Positions 42,059-50,676 are shown, counted from the first letter of the stretch. The stretch is DNA of 64,000 bases from Gemmatimonas sp. (GCA_965279375.1 OZ257156.1:2976001-3040000); one strand, 5' to 3'. Numbers and translations: made by a program. The notes: a model not told the origin generated them from the letters alone.

Positions 42059-43367
42059 AGAACGTCGTGGTGGGTGGTTCGCTCTCCTGCAGGACACAAC
42101 GCTTTACCGCTCGATCGTTCGCACACCACCGCTCGATTCGCCTCGCGGTCGTGCGCAGCGCGCCTTCGGCAATGTGTTTCTGCACTTGTATCCGGTGCGT
42201 GTGCCAGCGCGATTGCTGTCGCTGCGCAGCACATATCGACTCGGCTTCATCTGCACGGTGCTCTTCGGCATTCTGCTGGTGACCGGCACGTATCTCATGT
42301 TCTTCTATACGCCGGCGGTGACGATGGCGTATGGCGACATGCAGAAACTGCGGACGGTGGTGGGCTTCGGTCAGCTCATTCGCAACGTGCATCGGTGGAG
42401 CGCGCACTTGATGGTGCTCTTCGTGTGCTTGCACATGGCGCGTGTCTTCTGGGATGGCGCCTACAAGTCGCCGCGCGAGTTCAACTGGGTGGTGGGGATC
42501 GCGCTACTGATCATCACGCTGGCGTATTCGTTCACCGGATATCTGCTGCCGTGGGATCAGCTTGCGTATTGGGCCGTGACCGTCGGATCGGACCTGGTGC
42601 ACTACGTGCCCGTAGCCGGCACGTGGTTGCGGAACGTGCTGCTAGGCGGCGCCACCATCGGGCAATCGGCACTGCTGCGCTTCTACGTGCTGCACATCGC
42701 CGTGCTCACGGTGGCCTTCGGCGTCTTTTTCTCCGTGCACATCTGGCGCGTACGCAAGGACGGCTTTGCGCCGAGTGGCACCCCGAATGGCACCCCGGGT
42801 GGAAAGAAGGAGGAAGCGCTCGCTGTAAGCGCGACGGCTGCAACGGCAAGTGCGTCGACGACGGCTACGGCGACGCCGGCGCGCGTGCGTTTGCTTGGTG
42901 TCGTGCAGGCCCCGTCGAGTGCCGTGCATGCGCGCGACGTCGAAGCAGAAGTGTTCTCGTGGCCGCATCTGCTCATTCGGCATCAGGTTGTGGCACTGGC
43001 CACGACGGCGGTCGTCATCGCGATGGGCATCTTCTTCGATGCGCCGCTGCGTGATCACGCCAACGCGAACCTCACGCCCGAGCCGGCGAAAGCGCCCTGG
43101 TATTTCGTGGGCATTCAAGAGCTGCTTGCCCATTTCGATCCGGTGATCGCTGGCGTGATGGCGCCGGCGGCGTTGCTCTTTTTACTGGCTGCAATTCCGT
43201 ACGTGGACCGCGACCCGGCGCATCTGCCCGGCGAGCGACGTGTGGCCGTGTCGCTGTTTTCTGTCGTGGCGCTGGCAGCCGTGGTGCTCACGGTCATCGG
43301 CGCGCTGTTCCGCGGGCCGGGCTGGGCGTTCGTGCTGCCGTGGGAACATCTCTACTTCGAGCCCTGA
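42051..43367 (+). CDS. Cytochrome b of a Rieske/cytb complex (b6-like domain fused to subunit IV-like domain)
   Basis: HRWSAHLM..LH and LHIAVLTVAFGVFFSVH haem ligands, TGYLLPWDQ, WPHLL and KAPWYF Qo motif. Confidence 0.93.
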   Translation: MSEERRGGWFALLQDTTLYRSIVRTPPLDSPRGRAQRAFGNVFLHLYPVRVPARLLSLRSTYRLGFICTVLFGILLVTGTYLMFFYTPAVTMAYGDMQKLRTVVGFGQLIRNVHRWSAHLMVLFVCLHMARVFWDGAYKSPREFNWVVGIALLIITLAYSFTGYLLPWDQLAYWAVTVGSDLVHYVPVAGTWLRNVLLGGATIGQSALLRFYVLHIAVLTVAFGVFFSVHIWRVRKDGFAPSGTPNGTPGGKKEEALAVSATAATASASTTATATPARVRLLGVVQAPSSAVHARDVEAEVFSWPHLLIRHQVVALATTAVVIAMGIFFDAPLRDHANANLTPEPAKAPWYFVGIQELLAHFDPVIAGVMAPAALLFLLAAIPYVDRDPAHLPGERRVAVSLFSVVALAAVVLTVIGALFRGPGWAFVLPWEHLYFEP

Positions 43368-43370
43368 TCA

Positions 43371-43871
43371 ATGAGCCCTACCCGCCGAGAGACGTTGCAG
43401 ACCGCGTGGATGCTGGGAAGCGGACTGCTGGCGACCGCCGCTGGATGGACGAGTCTGGAAGCGCTCGCGCCGCTGGCCAATCTGGATGGCACCGGACGGC
43501 TTCCGTTGCGCGAGCCGGACGCCTATCCCGAAGGGAGCGCGACGTTCGTGCGCGAAGGACATCTCTACGTGACACGGGCCAAGGGCGAGCTCTTTGCCGT
43601 CTCGCAGAAGTGTCCGCACCTGGGCTGTCGCGTGCCCTTCTGCGAAGGGAGTGGACGTTTCGAATGTCCGTGCCATGGCTCGATCTACAACGTGGCGGGC
43701 GAGTACATCGAAGGACCGGCCCCACGCGGTATGGATCGTTATCCCGTCAGCGTCGAGGACGGTCGAGTGGTGGTGAATCTGGCGGAGCTGGTGGAAGGAC
43801 CGCCGATTGGCGCGCGACGCTTCGATACGCCGATGATCCCGGGCGGCTGCGCGTCGGAAACTCGCAGCTGA
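43371..43871 (+). CDS. Rieske [2Fe-2S] protein with Tat anchor
   Basis: TRRETL, CPHLGC, CPCHGSIY and GPAPR. Confidence 0.95.
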   Translation: MSPTRRETLQTAWMLGSGLLATAAGWTSLEALAPLANLDGTGRLPLREPDAYPEGSATFVREGHLYVTRAKGELFAVSQKCPHLGCRVPFCEGSGRFECPCHGSIYNVAGEYIEGPAPRGMDRYPVSVEDGRVVVNLAELVEGPPIGARRFDTPMIPGGCASETRS

Positions 43872-43872
43872 T

Positions 43873-44403
43873 ATGCCCACTCCTGACCCACTCGATTCTC
43901 CGGAGCTCGCACGCAGCCTCGATCGCCAATACATGATCGGACTCGTGTGCATGGCGTTGCTGATCGTCGCGTTTCCGCTGTACCGCCTGGGGGAACCCAA
44001 GCGGAGACAGGAGGCGCGCACAGCCGTCGAGCGGGAGTCGGTGGTCATCGGTCGCGACGTCTTCTCGCGCAATTGCGCGGCGTGTCACGGGGCGGATGGC
44101 AACGGCGGCAGCATCGCGCCGACGCTGCGCTCGCGCGAGTTCCTGTCCGTCACGAGCGATCAGCAGCTGCATTGGATCATCAGCGGCGGCATTCCCGGCA
44201 CGCCGATGACGGCGTATCACGTGGATCTGGGCGGTCCGTTCACGCCGCAGGAAATCGGACGATTGGTGCAGTATCTGCGCTCGCTCGAGCGCGACGCACC
44301 ATCGGTCCCCAACTGGCGCGCAGGCACTAAGGGTCCCGCGCTCGAGGAGCGCCACGAGAAGGAGTCTCGCGGCGAACGGAGTCGTGAGGGCGCCAAGCGC
44401 TGA
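43873..44403 (+). CDS. Membrane-anchored monohaem c-type cytochrome
   Basis: N-terminal TM helix, CAACH, and distal Met candidate in GTPM. Confidence 0.9.
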   Translation: MPTPDPLDSPELARSLDRQYMIGLVCMALLIVAFPLYRLGEPKRRQEARTAVERESVVIGRDVFSRNCAACHGADGNGGSIAPTLRSREFLSVTSDQQLHWIISGGIPGTPMTAYHVDLGGPFTPQEIGRLVQYLRSLERDAPSVPNWRAGTKGPALEERHEKESRGERSREGAKR

Positions 44404-44404
44404 G

Positions 44405-44448
44405 CGTCACGCGCTGAACGTAACGCGCTGAACGTCACGCGCTGAACG
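44405..44448. repeat. 14-bp tandem repeat x3 (CGT[C/A]ACGCGCTGAA)
   Basis: Copies start at 44405, 44419 and 44433; a partial copy overlaps the cytochrome c stop. Confidence 0.9.
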
Positions 44449-44524
44449 CTTGGCGGGTGGTGGTGCCGACGTTTGCTTTCAGGGACACGTTTTGCTGACC
44501 CTGAACACGACGGGAGCCATCGCC

Positions 44525-45049
44525 ATGTCTCATAGCGCGCAATACCCAATCGGCCGTTTCGAGCGGCGCACGGACTACACGGCGGACGATCGCGCAGCGT
44601 CCATTGCACGCATCGCCGCGCTGCCGGCGGCGATCGCGGCGGCCGCGAGCGGGTTGAGCGAGGCGGCGCTGGACACACCGTACCGCGAGGGCGGCTGGAC
44701 CGTGCGCCAGCTGGTGCATCACGTGGCCGACAGTCACGCCAACGCGTTCATTCGCCTCAAGCTGGCGCTGACCGAGCACGAGCCGACCATCAAGCCGTAC
44801 GACCAGGATGCGTGGGTGCAATTGGCCGATATTCGCGAGGTCTCGCCGCTCGTGAGCATCGCCATGCTCGCTGCGCTGCACGAGCGTATGACAGCCGTGC
44901 TGCGTGCAATGCAACCCGAGGATTTTGCACGCGTGCTCATTCATCCCGAGAGTGGTCGCATGACCCTCGACCAATTGCTCGCGCTCTATGCATGGCACGG
45001 CGACCATCACGTCGCGCACATCACCAACCTGCGCGCCACTCTCGCGTAA
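44525..45049 (+). CDS. yfiT: YfiT/BstA-like DinB-family metal-dependent thiol transferase
   Basis: YPIG, TPYREGGWTVRQLVHHVADSH, IKPYDQDAW and YAWHGDHH. Confidence 0.92.
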   Translation: MSHSAQYPIGRFERRTDYTADDRAASIARIAALPAAIAAAASGLSEAALDTPYREGGWTVRQLVHHVADSHANAFIRLKLALTEHEPTIKPYDQDAWVQLADIREVSPLVSIAMLAALHERMTAVLRAMQPEDFARVLIHPESGRMTLDQLLALYAWHGDHHVAHITNLRATLA

Positions 45050-45093
45050 GAACGGACACCCTCGGCGCAAGTTGAGGCGCGTCTCTTAAGAGT

Positions 45094-45307
45094 GCTGTAT
45101 CCGTGTGCCGTTTCCGCGTGCATCTGTTGCTATCCGTGGCCGAGCAGTTCGTCCGTTCCTATCCGCCGCGGCGTGGTCTCGCTCGGGGATTGGTTAGGAT
45201 CTCACTGGATGAACTGCTCGGCCACGGATAAGAGCCGATAGGAACGGAAGCCGCGCACGGATACTGCGCACGGATACTGCGCACGGATACTGCGCACGGA
45301 TACTGCG
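45094..45307. repeat. REP/REPIN-like intergenic element: 20-bp perfect inverted repeat plus 13-bp tandem repeat x4
   Basis: TATCCGTGGCCGAGCAGTTC (45131-45150) pairs with GAACTGCTCGGCCACGGATA (45211-45230); GCGCACGGATACT x4 at 45253-45304. Confidence 0.85.
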
Positions 45308-45329
45308 TTAACGACGAGTTGCTTTAGCC

Positions 45330-47384
45330 CTACGGGCGCCCTTCGATCACGCGCCCGGCTTCACCCACGATCGCGATTTGTGCGGTGCCCGGGACGCCGA
45401 AAATCGAGTAGAGCGTCGTGGTGGACGGGACCGTCAGCGTCTTCCAGGCGAGACCATCGTAGCGGAGCACCGTACCGCTGTCGCCGGCGGCATACACCTC
45501 AGTGGGTCCGCGTCCCCAGATCGCACGCAGGTCGCGTGTGGTAGGCACCGTCTGCGTCTGCCACCGCACGCCATCGAAACGGGCGATGGTGCCCTTGTCG
45601 CCACCGATGAAGACGTCGTTTGCGCTCGTGCCCCACACGGCGCGCAGGCGCGTGCTGTTGGAGACCGGTGTCTGCACGCTTGTCCAGCGTCCGCCGTCGT
45701 AGCGCAGCACGACGCCGGAGTCGCCCACCACGTACACGTTGGAAAGATCACTCCCCCACACGCTGCGCAGGAACTGCGGCGTGCCACTCGACTGCGGCGT
45801 CCACCCCGTGCCGTTGGAGCGGAAGATGGTTCCGCGTTCTCCCACGGCCACGTACTGCCCCGGCCCGCCGTTCCAGATGCCGCGCAGTACTCCTCCCGTC
45901 GGCGCTGTCTCGCGTGTCCACGTGGAGCCGTCGTAGCGCAGCACCGACCCCGTGTCACCCACGGCGACGATGTCCGTCGCGCTGCTCCCCGCGATGCCGT
46001 ACAGATCGTTCACGCCGGGCACCGTGGCGTAGCTCCATCCCCCGTTGTCCCGCCGGAAGACGCTGCCGCCCAACCCCACTGCAAACAGTGGCCCGCCGTT
46101 GCCGCCGTAGACCGATAGCAGCGATGGGTCGGAAATCTCCGTGCTGGCGGTCGCGCCGGCGCCGATGCCGCGCGCCGTGAGCACCGTTCCCCACCATCCC
46201 GCGATGCGCAGCGTACCGTCGCCGCGCTTGGCGATGGCACGAAGGTTCTGTCCCGTGCCAAGCGAAAGCGCCTTCCACGAGATGCCATCGAAATTCCAGA
46301 CCGTGCCCGTGTTGCCGACGGTGTAGATGTCGTCGAACGATCGGCCCGTGATCGCGAACAGATTCGCGGCGCCGGGCACCTTCATCACGCTCCACGTGAA
46401 GCCGTCGAAGCGAAGGATCGTTCCGCTCGCACCGACGGCGAAGACGTTGCCGACGCTCGAGCCCCACACGTCGAACAGCGGGAGCTGCAACGGCACGCTC
46501 ATCAACCGCCAATTGGTGCCGTCGAAGCGCAGAATGACGCCGTTGTTGCCGACGGCAAAGAGATTGTTGCCGTTGGGGCCCCAGATCCCCCAGAGATCGT
46601 CGGTGACCGGCGTGGTTTGCTGCGTCCACTTGGTGCCGTCCCAGCGCAGCACCGTGCCCCTGTCGCCGAGCGCGTACAGTTCGGTGGCGCTGAGCCCCCA
46701 GACTTCGAGCAACGATGCGCTGGTGCCGCTGGCGACCTTCTGGAACGTGCGACCATCGCCGTGCAGAATGACGCCCGCGGTCCCGACCACCCAAATGTCC
46801 GTTGGCGACGCGCCCCACACACCAACCAGCGTTTCATCGGTGCCGGTGGGAATGCGCTCCCACGTCCCGTCGGCCTTGGATCGCACGAGCACGCCGTTTT
46901 GCGCCGCCCCGTACGTCGTGCCTTGGCCGTCGTCCCAGATACCCAGCATCGTCGCGTCGGTCAGACCCGCGCGCGTCACGCTCCACTGCTGCACGCCCGG
47001 TGCGATCGCGGTGACCGACACTTGGACCAATGCACTCAACGGACCGTTGACCCCCGTCGCGCTGGCGGTGATGCGTGCGGCGCCGGGTGCGATGGCGCGC
47101 ACGCGTCCGCTGGAGTCCACTGTTGCGACCGCGGGGGCATCGCTGAGCCAGCTGATGGCGGGATTGCTCACCGCCGCGCCGCTGCTGTCGCGCGCGTCAA
47201 CCGCGATCACGCGCTCCTGCCCAGCCTGCAACGCGATCGAAGCAGGACTCGCTGTCAGACTAACAAGCCGCTTGGGCGGTACGGGCGGCGGCTGCACCTC
47301 GACGGGTGCCGCGCGGTCACACGCGGCGAAGAGGGGCAGGGCGAGCGACAACACCAATACGGCGAACGTACGGAGGGGGCGCAT
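45330..47384 (-). CDS. Lipoprotein with Big_2 Ig-like domain and 14 beta-propeller-type repeats
   Basis: LFAAC lipobox, WLSDAPAVATVDSSG.V.AIAPG, and 14 repeats of about 39 aa (L..VWG......VG..G.ILR[YF]DG..W). Confidence 0.85.
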   Translation of the reverse strand: MRPLRTFAVLVLSLALPLFAACDRAAPVEVQPPPVPPKRLVSLTASPASIALQAGQERVIAVDARDSSGAAVSNPAISWLSDAPAVATVDSSGRVRAIAPGAARITASATGVNGPLSALVQVSVTAIAPGVQQWSVTRAGLTDATMLGIWDDGQGTTYGAAQNGVLVRSKADGTWERIPTGTDETLVGVWGASPTDIWVVGTAGVILHGDGRTFQKVASGTSASLLEVWGLSATELYALGDRGTVLRWDGTKWTQQTTPVTDDLWGIWGPNGNNLFAVGNNGVILRFDGTNWRLMSVPLQLPLFDVWGSSVGNVFAVGASGTILRFDGFTWSVMKVPGAANLFAITGRSFDDIYTVGNTGTVWNFDGISWKALSLGTGQNLRAIAKRGDGTLRIAGWWGTVLTARGIGAGATASTEISDPSLLSVYGGNGGPLFAVGLGGSVFRRDNGGWSYATVPGVNDLYGIAGSSATDIVAVGDTGSVLRYDGSTWTRETAPTGGVLRGIWNGGPGQYVAVGERGTIFRSNGTGWTPQSSGTPQFLRSVWGSDLSNVYVVGDSGVVLRYDGGRWTSVQTPVSNSTRLRAVWGTSANDVFIGGDKGTIARFDGVRWQTQTVPTTRDLRAIWGRGPTEVYAAGDSGTVLRYDGLAWKTLTVPSTTTLYSIFGVPGTAQIAIVGEAGRVIEGRP

Positions 47385-47588
47385 GTTGCGGAGCCTAGCC
47401 ATGCGCGCGGTGCCTGCGCAACGCCCTGACGCCAACCACCGTAGCTTTGATGTGCGGCAGCGCTCTCGTGCTGTGCGACCTGTCACGTGCCGCATCCCAA
47501 GTCGTGCCCTGTGCCGTGCGGACTCCCGTCCTCGCTTGACGGCTTCTGTCATACTCTCCGATCCTCGTCACGTATGAACGCCTGCCTG

Positions 47589-49598
47589 ATGTCTTCTCGT
47601 CCCACGGCGACTGCGCGGTCCCGCCACGTGGCGGCACTGCTGCTCGCCACCGCAACGCTGTCGCTCGCGCCACTGACCTCCGCGACCGCGCAGCGCGGCG
47701 TGCCGCGCACCAACGTCGCGTCCCCAGATGCCGACGTGTTCCTCGTACCGCTGAGCAATGCGGGAGGTGCCCTCAAGGTCGGCGTGCCGGCCAACATCAC
47801 GCGCCGCAGCGGCTACGACAATCAGCCCGCGTTTTCGACGGACTCACGCGCGATCTTCTTCACCTCCAATCGCGGTGACGGGCAGAGCGACATCTACCGC
47901 TACGACCTGAGCACGGGGCTCGCGTTGCCCTCTCCCCGCACGGCCCCGGAGAGTGAGTACTCGGCGATGCCCACGCGCGACGGCAAGGCGCTGACGGTGA
48001 TACGCGTGGAAGCCGACAGCACGCAGCGGCTGTGGCGCATGCCGATCGGCGAAGGCAGCACTGGCGTCGCGCCCTCGGTGATGTTCCCGGACATCAAGCC
48101 GGTCGGCTACTTCGCGCAGGCGGACGATTCCACGTGGGCGTTGTTCGTGCTCGGATCACCTGCCACGTTGCAGGTCGCGCGCACTGGTCGAGCGGGGAGC
48201 GATACGATTGCCCGCGACATCGGCCGCTCGCTGCATCGCATTCCCGGCACCACGCGCGTGAGCTACGTGCAGAAGAGCGCGACGGGCTGGTATGTCATGA
48301 TGCTCGATCCCAGCACGCGGCGCATCGACACGCTGGTCAAGACGCTCGAGCGCAGCGAAGACATCGCGTGGGTGGACAGCACGACGATCGTGTCGGGGAT
48401 GGGCTCCAAGCTGTTCGCGTGGCGCCGTGGCGATGCCGCGTGGCGCGAACTCGCGGATTTCAGCTTTGCGCACATCGGCAAGGTGACGCGGTTGGCCGTG
48501 AGCCCGAGCGGCACGTGGCTGGCGCTGGTGGGCGACGTGACGCCAGTCGGCGCAGCCGCTCGCGCCACGGTCACGCCTCGCGCGGTGTACGCGGACAAGA
48601 TCGATCCGGCCGTCGTGAAGCGCGAAATCGAAATCCTCGCTGCCGATTCGATGGAAGGGCGTATGACCGGCTCGGTGGGGCAGGCGCGCGCGGCCAAGTG
48701 GCTGGCCGAGCAGTACAAGGCGGCAGGGCTCGAACCGGCGGGTGATTCGGGGACGTTCTATCAGCACATTCCGCTCGCGATGCAGGCGGCGCAGGCGATC
48801 CCTGGTGCGCCGGCCGGTGCACCGGCTCGGCCTCGCCCGCGTGCACTGGCGTCGTGGGCGGCGTGGGATTCACTGCCCGCCGATCAGCGCCTGCGCACCG
48901 CGAACATCGCGGGCATCATTCGTGGCAGTGATCCGGCGTTGCGCGATGAAGTCGTGCTGGTGACGGCGCACTACGATCACATCGGCATCGGGCGCGCGGT
49001 GGACGGCGACTCGATCAACAACGGCGCCGACGACGATGCATCGGGGAACATCGCGCTCCTCGAGATGGCCAAGGCGCTTCGCAAAGGCCCGCGCCCCAAG
49101 CGCACGATCCTCTTCATGGCGATCACGGGCGAGGAGGTGGGCGGCTTTGGCACGCGTTGGTACATCGCGCATCCGCTGTTGCCGCTGGCCAAGACCGTCG
49201 TGGACCTGAACGTCGAGATGATCGCGCATCCGGACTCGATCGCGGGCGGATTCGGCAAGGCCTGGCTGACCGGCTACGAGCGCTCCACGATGGGCGACCT
49301 GTTGGCCGACAACGGCATTCCGCTCACTCCCGACATGCGACTCGGTCAGCGGTTCTTCGAACGGTCGGACAACGTGGCGTTCGCGCGCATCGGCATTCCG
49401 GCGCACAGCATTTCGTCGTACAACCTCATCACGCCGTACCACAATCCCAAGGATGAAGCGTCCACGGTGGACGTGGACCACATGTCACAAGTGATCGCCG
49501 CCACAGCGAAGGCGCTGCGTTTGCTGTCAGATGGACTGAAGCCGGAATGGCATCCGGGCGGCCGTCCCGAGGCACCAGCGCCGCGTCCGGCGCGGTAG
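47589..49598 (+). CDS. TolB-like propeller domain fused to an M28 peptidase
   Basis: Signal peptide, GYDNQPAFS...TPE-like repeats, then TAHYDH, NGADDDASG, TGEE, RSDN and YH. Confidence 0.88.
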   Translation: MSSRPTATARSRHVAALLLATATLSLAPLTSATAQRGVPRTNVASPDADVFLVPLSNAGGALKVGVPANITRRSGYDNQPAFSTDSRAIFFTSNRGDGQSDIYRYDLSTGLALPSPRTAPESEYSAMPTRDGKALTVIRVEADSTQRLWRMPIGEGSTGVAPSVMFPDIKPVGYFAQADDSTWALFVLGSPATLQVARTGRAGSDTIARDIGRSLHRIPGTTRVSYVQKSATGWYVMMLDPSTRRIDTLVKTLERSEDIAWVDSTTIVSGMGSKLFAWRRGDAAWRELADFSFAHIGKVTRLAVSPSGTWLALVGDVTPVGAAARATVTPRAVYADKIDPAVVKREIEILAADSMEGRMTGSVGQARAAKWLAEQYKAAGLEPAGDSGTFYQHIPLAMQAAQAIPGAPAGAPARPRPRALASWAAWDSLPADQRLRTANIAGIIRGSDPALRDEVVLVTAHYDHIGIGRAVDGDSINNGADDDASGNIALLEMAKALRKGPRPKRTILFMAITGEEVGGFGTRWYIAHPLLPLAKTVVDLNVEMIAHPDSIAGGFGKAWLTGYERSTMGDLLADNGIPLTPDMRLGQRFFERSDNVAFARIGIPAHSISSYNLITPYHNPKDEASTVDVDHMSQVIAATAKALRLLSDGLKPEWHPGGRPEAPAPRPAR

Positions 49599-49612
49599 GG
49601 CGCGGTAGGGCG
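49591..49612. repeat. 10-bp tandem duplication spanning the stop codon (CGCGGTAGGG x2)
   Basis: Direct reading of the sequence. Confidence 0.75.
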
Positions 49613-49651
49613 AGGAAGAGCGCGGCTCAGCAAACGCGACTCGCGTGTTAA

Positions 49652-49683
49652 CGCCGTCGATGGCGAATCGTCCATCGACGGCG
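49652..49683. terminator. GC-rich hairpin between the M28 gene and the Ig/cupredoxin gene
   Basis: CGCCGTCGATGG-CGAATCGT-CCATCGACGGCG; no clear U-tract. Confidence 0.5.
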
Positions 49684-49719
49684 AGGTCGTGTTTGGCGGA
49701 CTTTCTTCGGAGTGGCGAT

Positions 49720-50676
49720 ATGCAGCAGTTGCCCGGTGGTGCTCGACGCTCGACTCGAATCGCGCGGCGATTTGCGCAAACGCTTCTCCTCGGCACCACT
49801 ATCGCCTTTGCGGCCTGCGGCGGCGGTGACGGCGGCATGGCACCGGTACAACCGCCGCCAGTGACGGTGACGGCGGTCGACCTCACGGTGCCAAGCACCT
49901 CCATCGTCTCGCAGCAAACCGTGCAGCTCACCGCCGTGACGCGACTCAGTAACGGCACCACCAACACGGCACCGAACGTCACCTGGACGTCGGCCGCAAC
50001 TGCGGTCGCCACGGTCAACGGCAGCGGCCTGGTTACCGGCGTCGCCCCGGGCACGACAGTCATCACGGCCACGGTCGGCACGGTGAGCGCGACGGCAAGC
50101 ATCACGGTCACCTCGTCTGTGGGCGTGCTGGCCAGCGTCGTCGTCTCGCTCGCCGATCCGGCGCTGCTGCTCGCGCAGACGACTCGCGCCACCGTCACCG
50201 GTCGGGACGCCTCGGGCGGTCCGGCTACACTCGGTACGCGCACGGTCACCTGGTCATCGTCGAGCAATGCCATCGCCACCGTGTCGGCCACTGGATTGGT
50301 AACGGCGGTCGGCATCGGCACCGTCAACATTCAGGTCTCTGTGGCCGACGGCGCGACCGCGCGCATCGCCACCGCGCCTCTCACCATCACCGCCATTCCC
50401 GGTGCGCCTGTCACCGCCGACGTGACGATGCCGGGGCTCACCTTCAGCCCCTTCGAAACGCTGGTCAAGCAGGGTGGCACGGTGCGCTTCGTCTTTCCGT
50501 CACTCGCGCACAACGTCATCTGGGACCCGCGTCTCTCCGGTCAGCCTGCCGCGCCCACCGACATCAACACGACAACCGGTGTGGTCGTCACGCGGACGTT
50601 CCCGAACGTGGGCGTATTCACCTACAAGTGCACACTGCACCCGGGAATGGACGGGACGATCATCGTCTCACCGTGA
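49720..50676 (+). CDS. Lipoprotein with two Big_2 Ig-like domains and a C-terminal cupredoxin (type-1 copper) domain
   Basis: FAAC lipobox, two WTS/WSS...ATV...GLVT Ig repeats, and AHNV...YKCTLHPGM copper ligands. Confidence 0.88.
   Translation: MQQLPGGARRSTRIARRFAQTLLLGTTIAFAACGGGDGGMAPVQPPPVTVTAVDLTVPSTSIVSQQTVQLTAVTRLSNGTTNTAPNVTWTSAATAVATVNGSGLVTGVAPGTTVITATVGTVSATASITVTSSVGVLASVVVSLADPALLLAQTTRATVTGRDASGGPATLGTRTVTWSSSSNAIATVSATGLVTAVGIGTVNIQVSVADGATARIATAPLTITAIPGAPVTADVTMPGLTFSPFETLVKQGGTVRFVFPSLAHNVIWDPRLSGQPAAPTDINTTTGVVVTRTFPNVGVFTYKCTLHPGMDGTIIVSP

Noticed and set aside
45253..45304. 13-bp repeats as a CRISPR array
   Set aside because: The units are contiguous with no spacers, are too short, and no cas genes are present.
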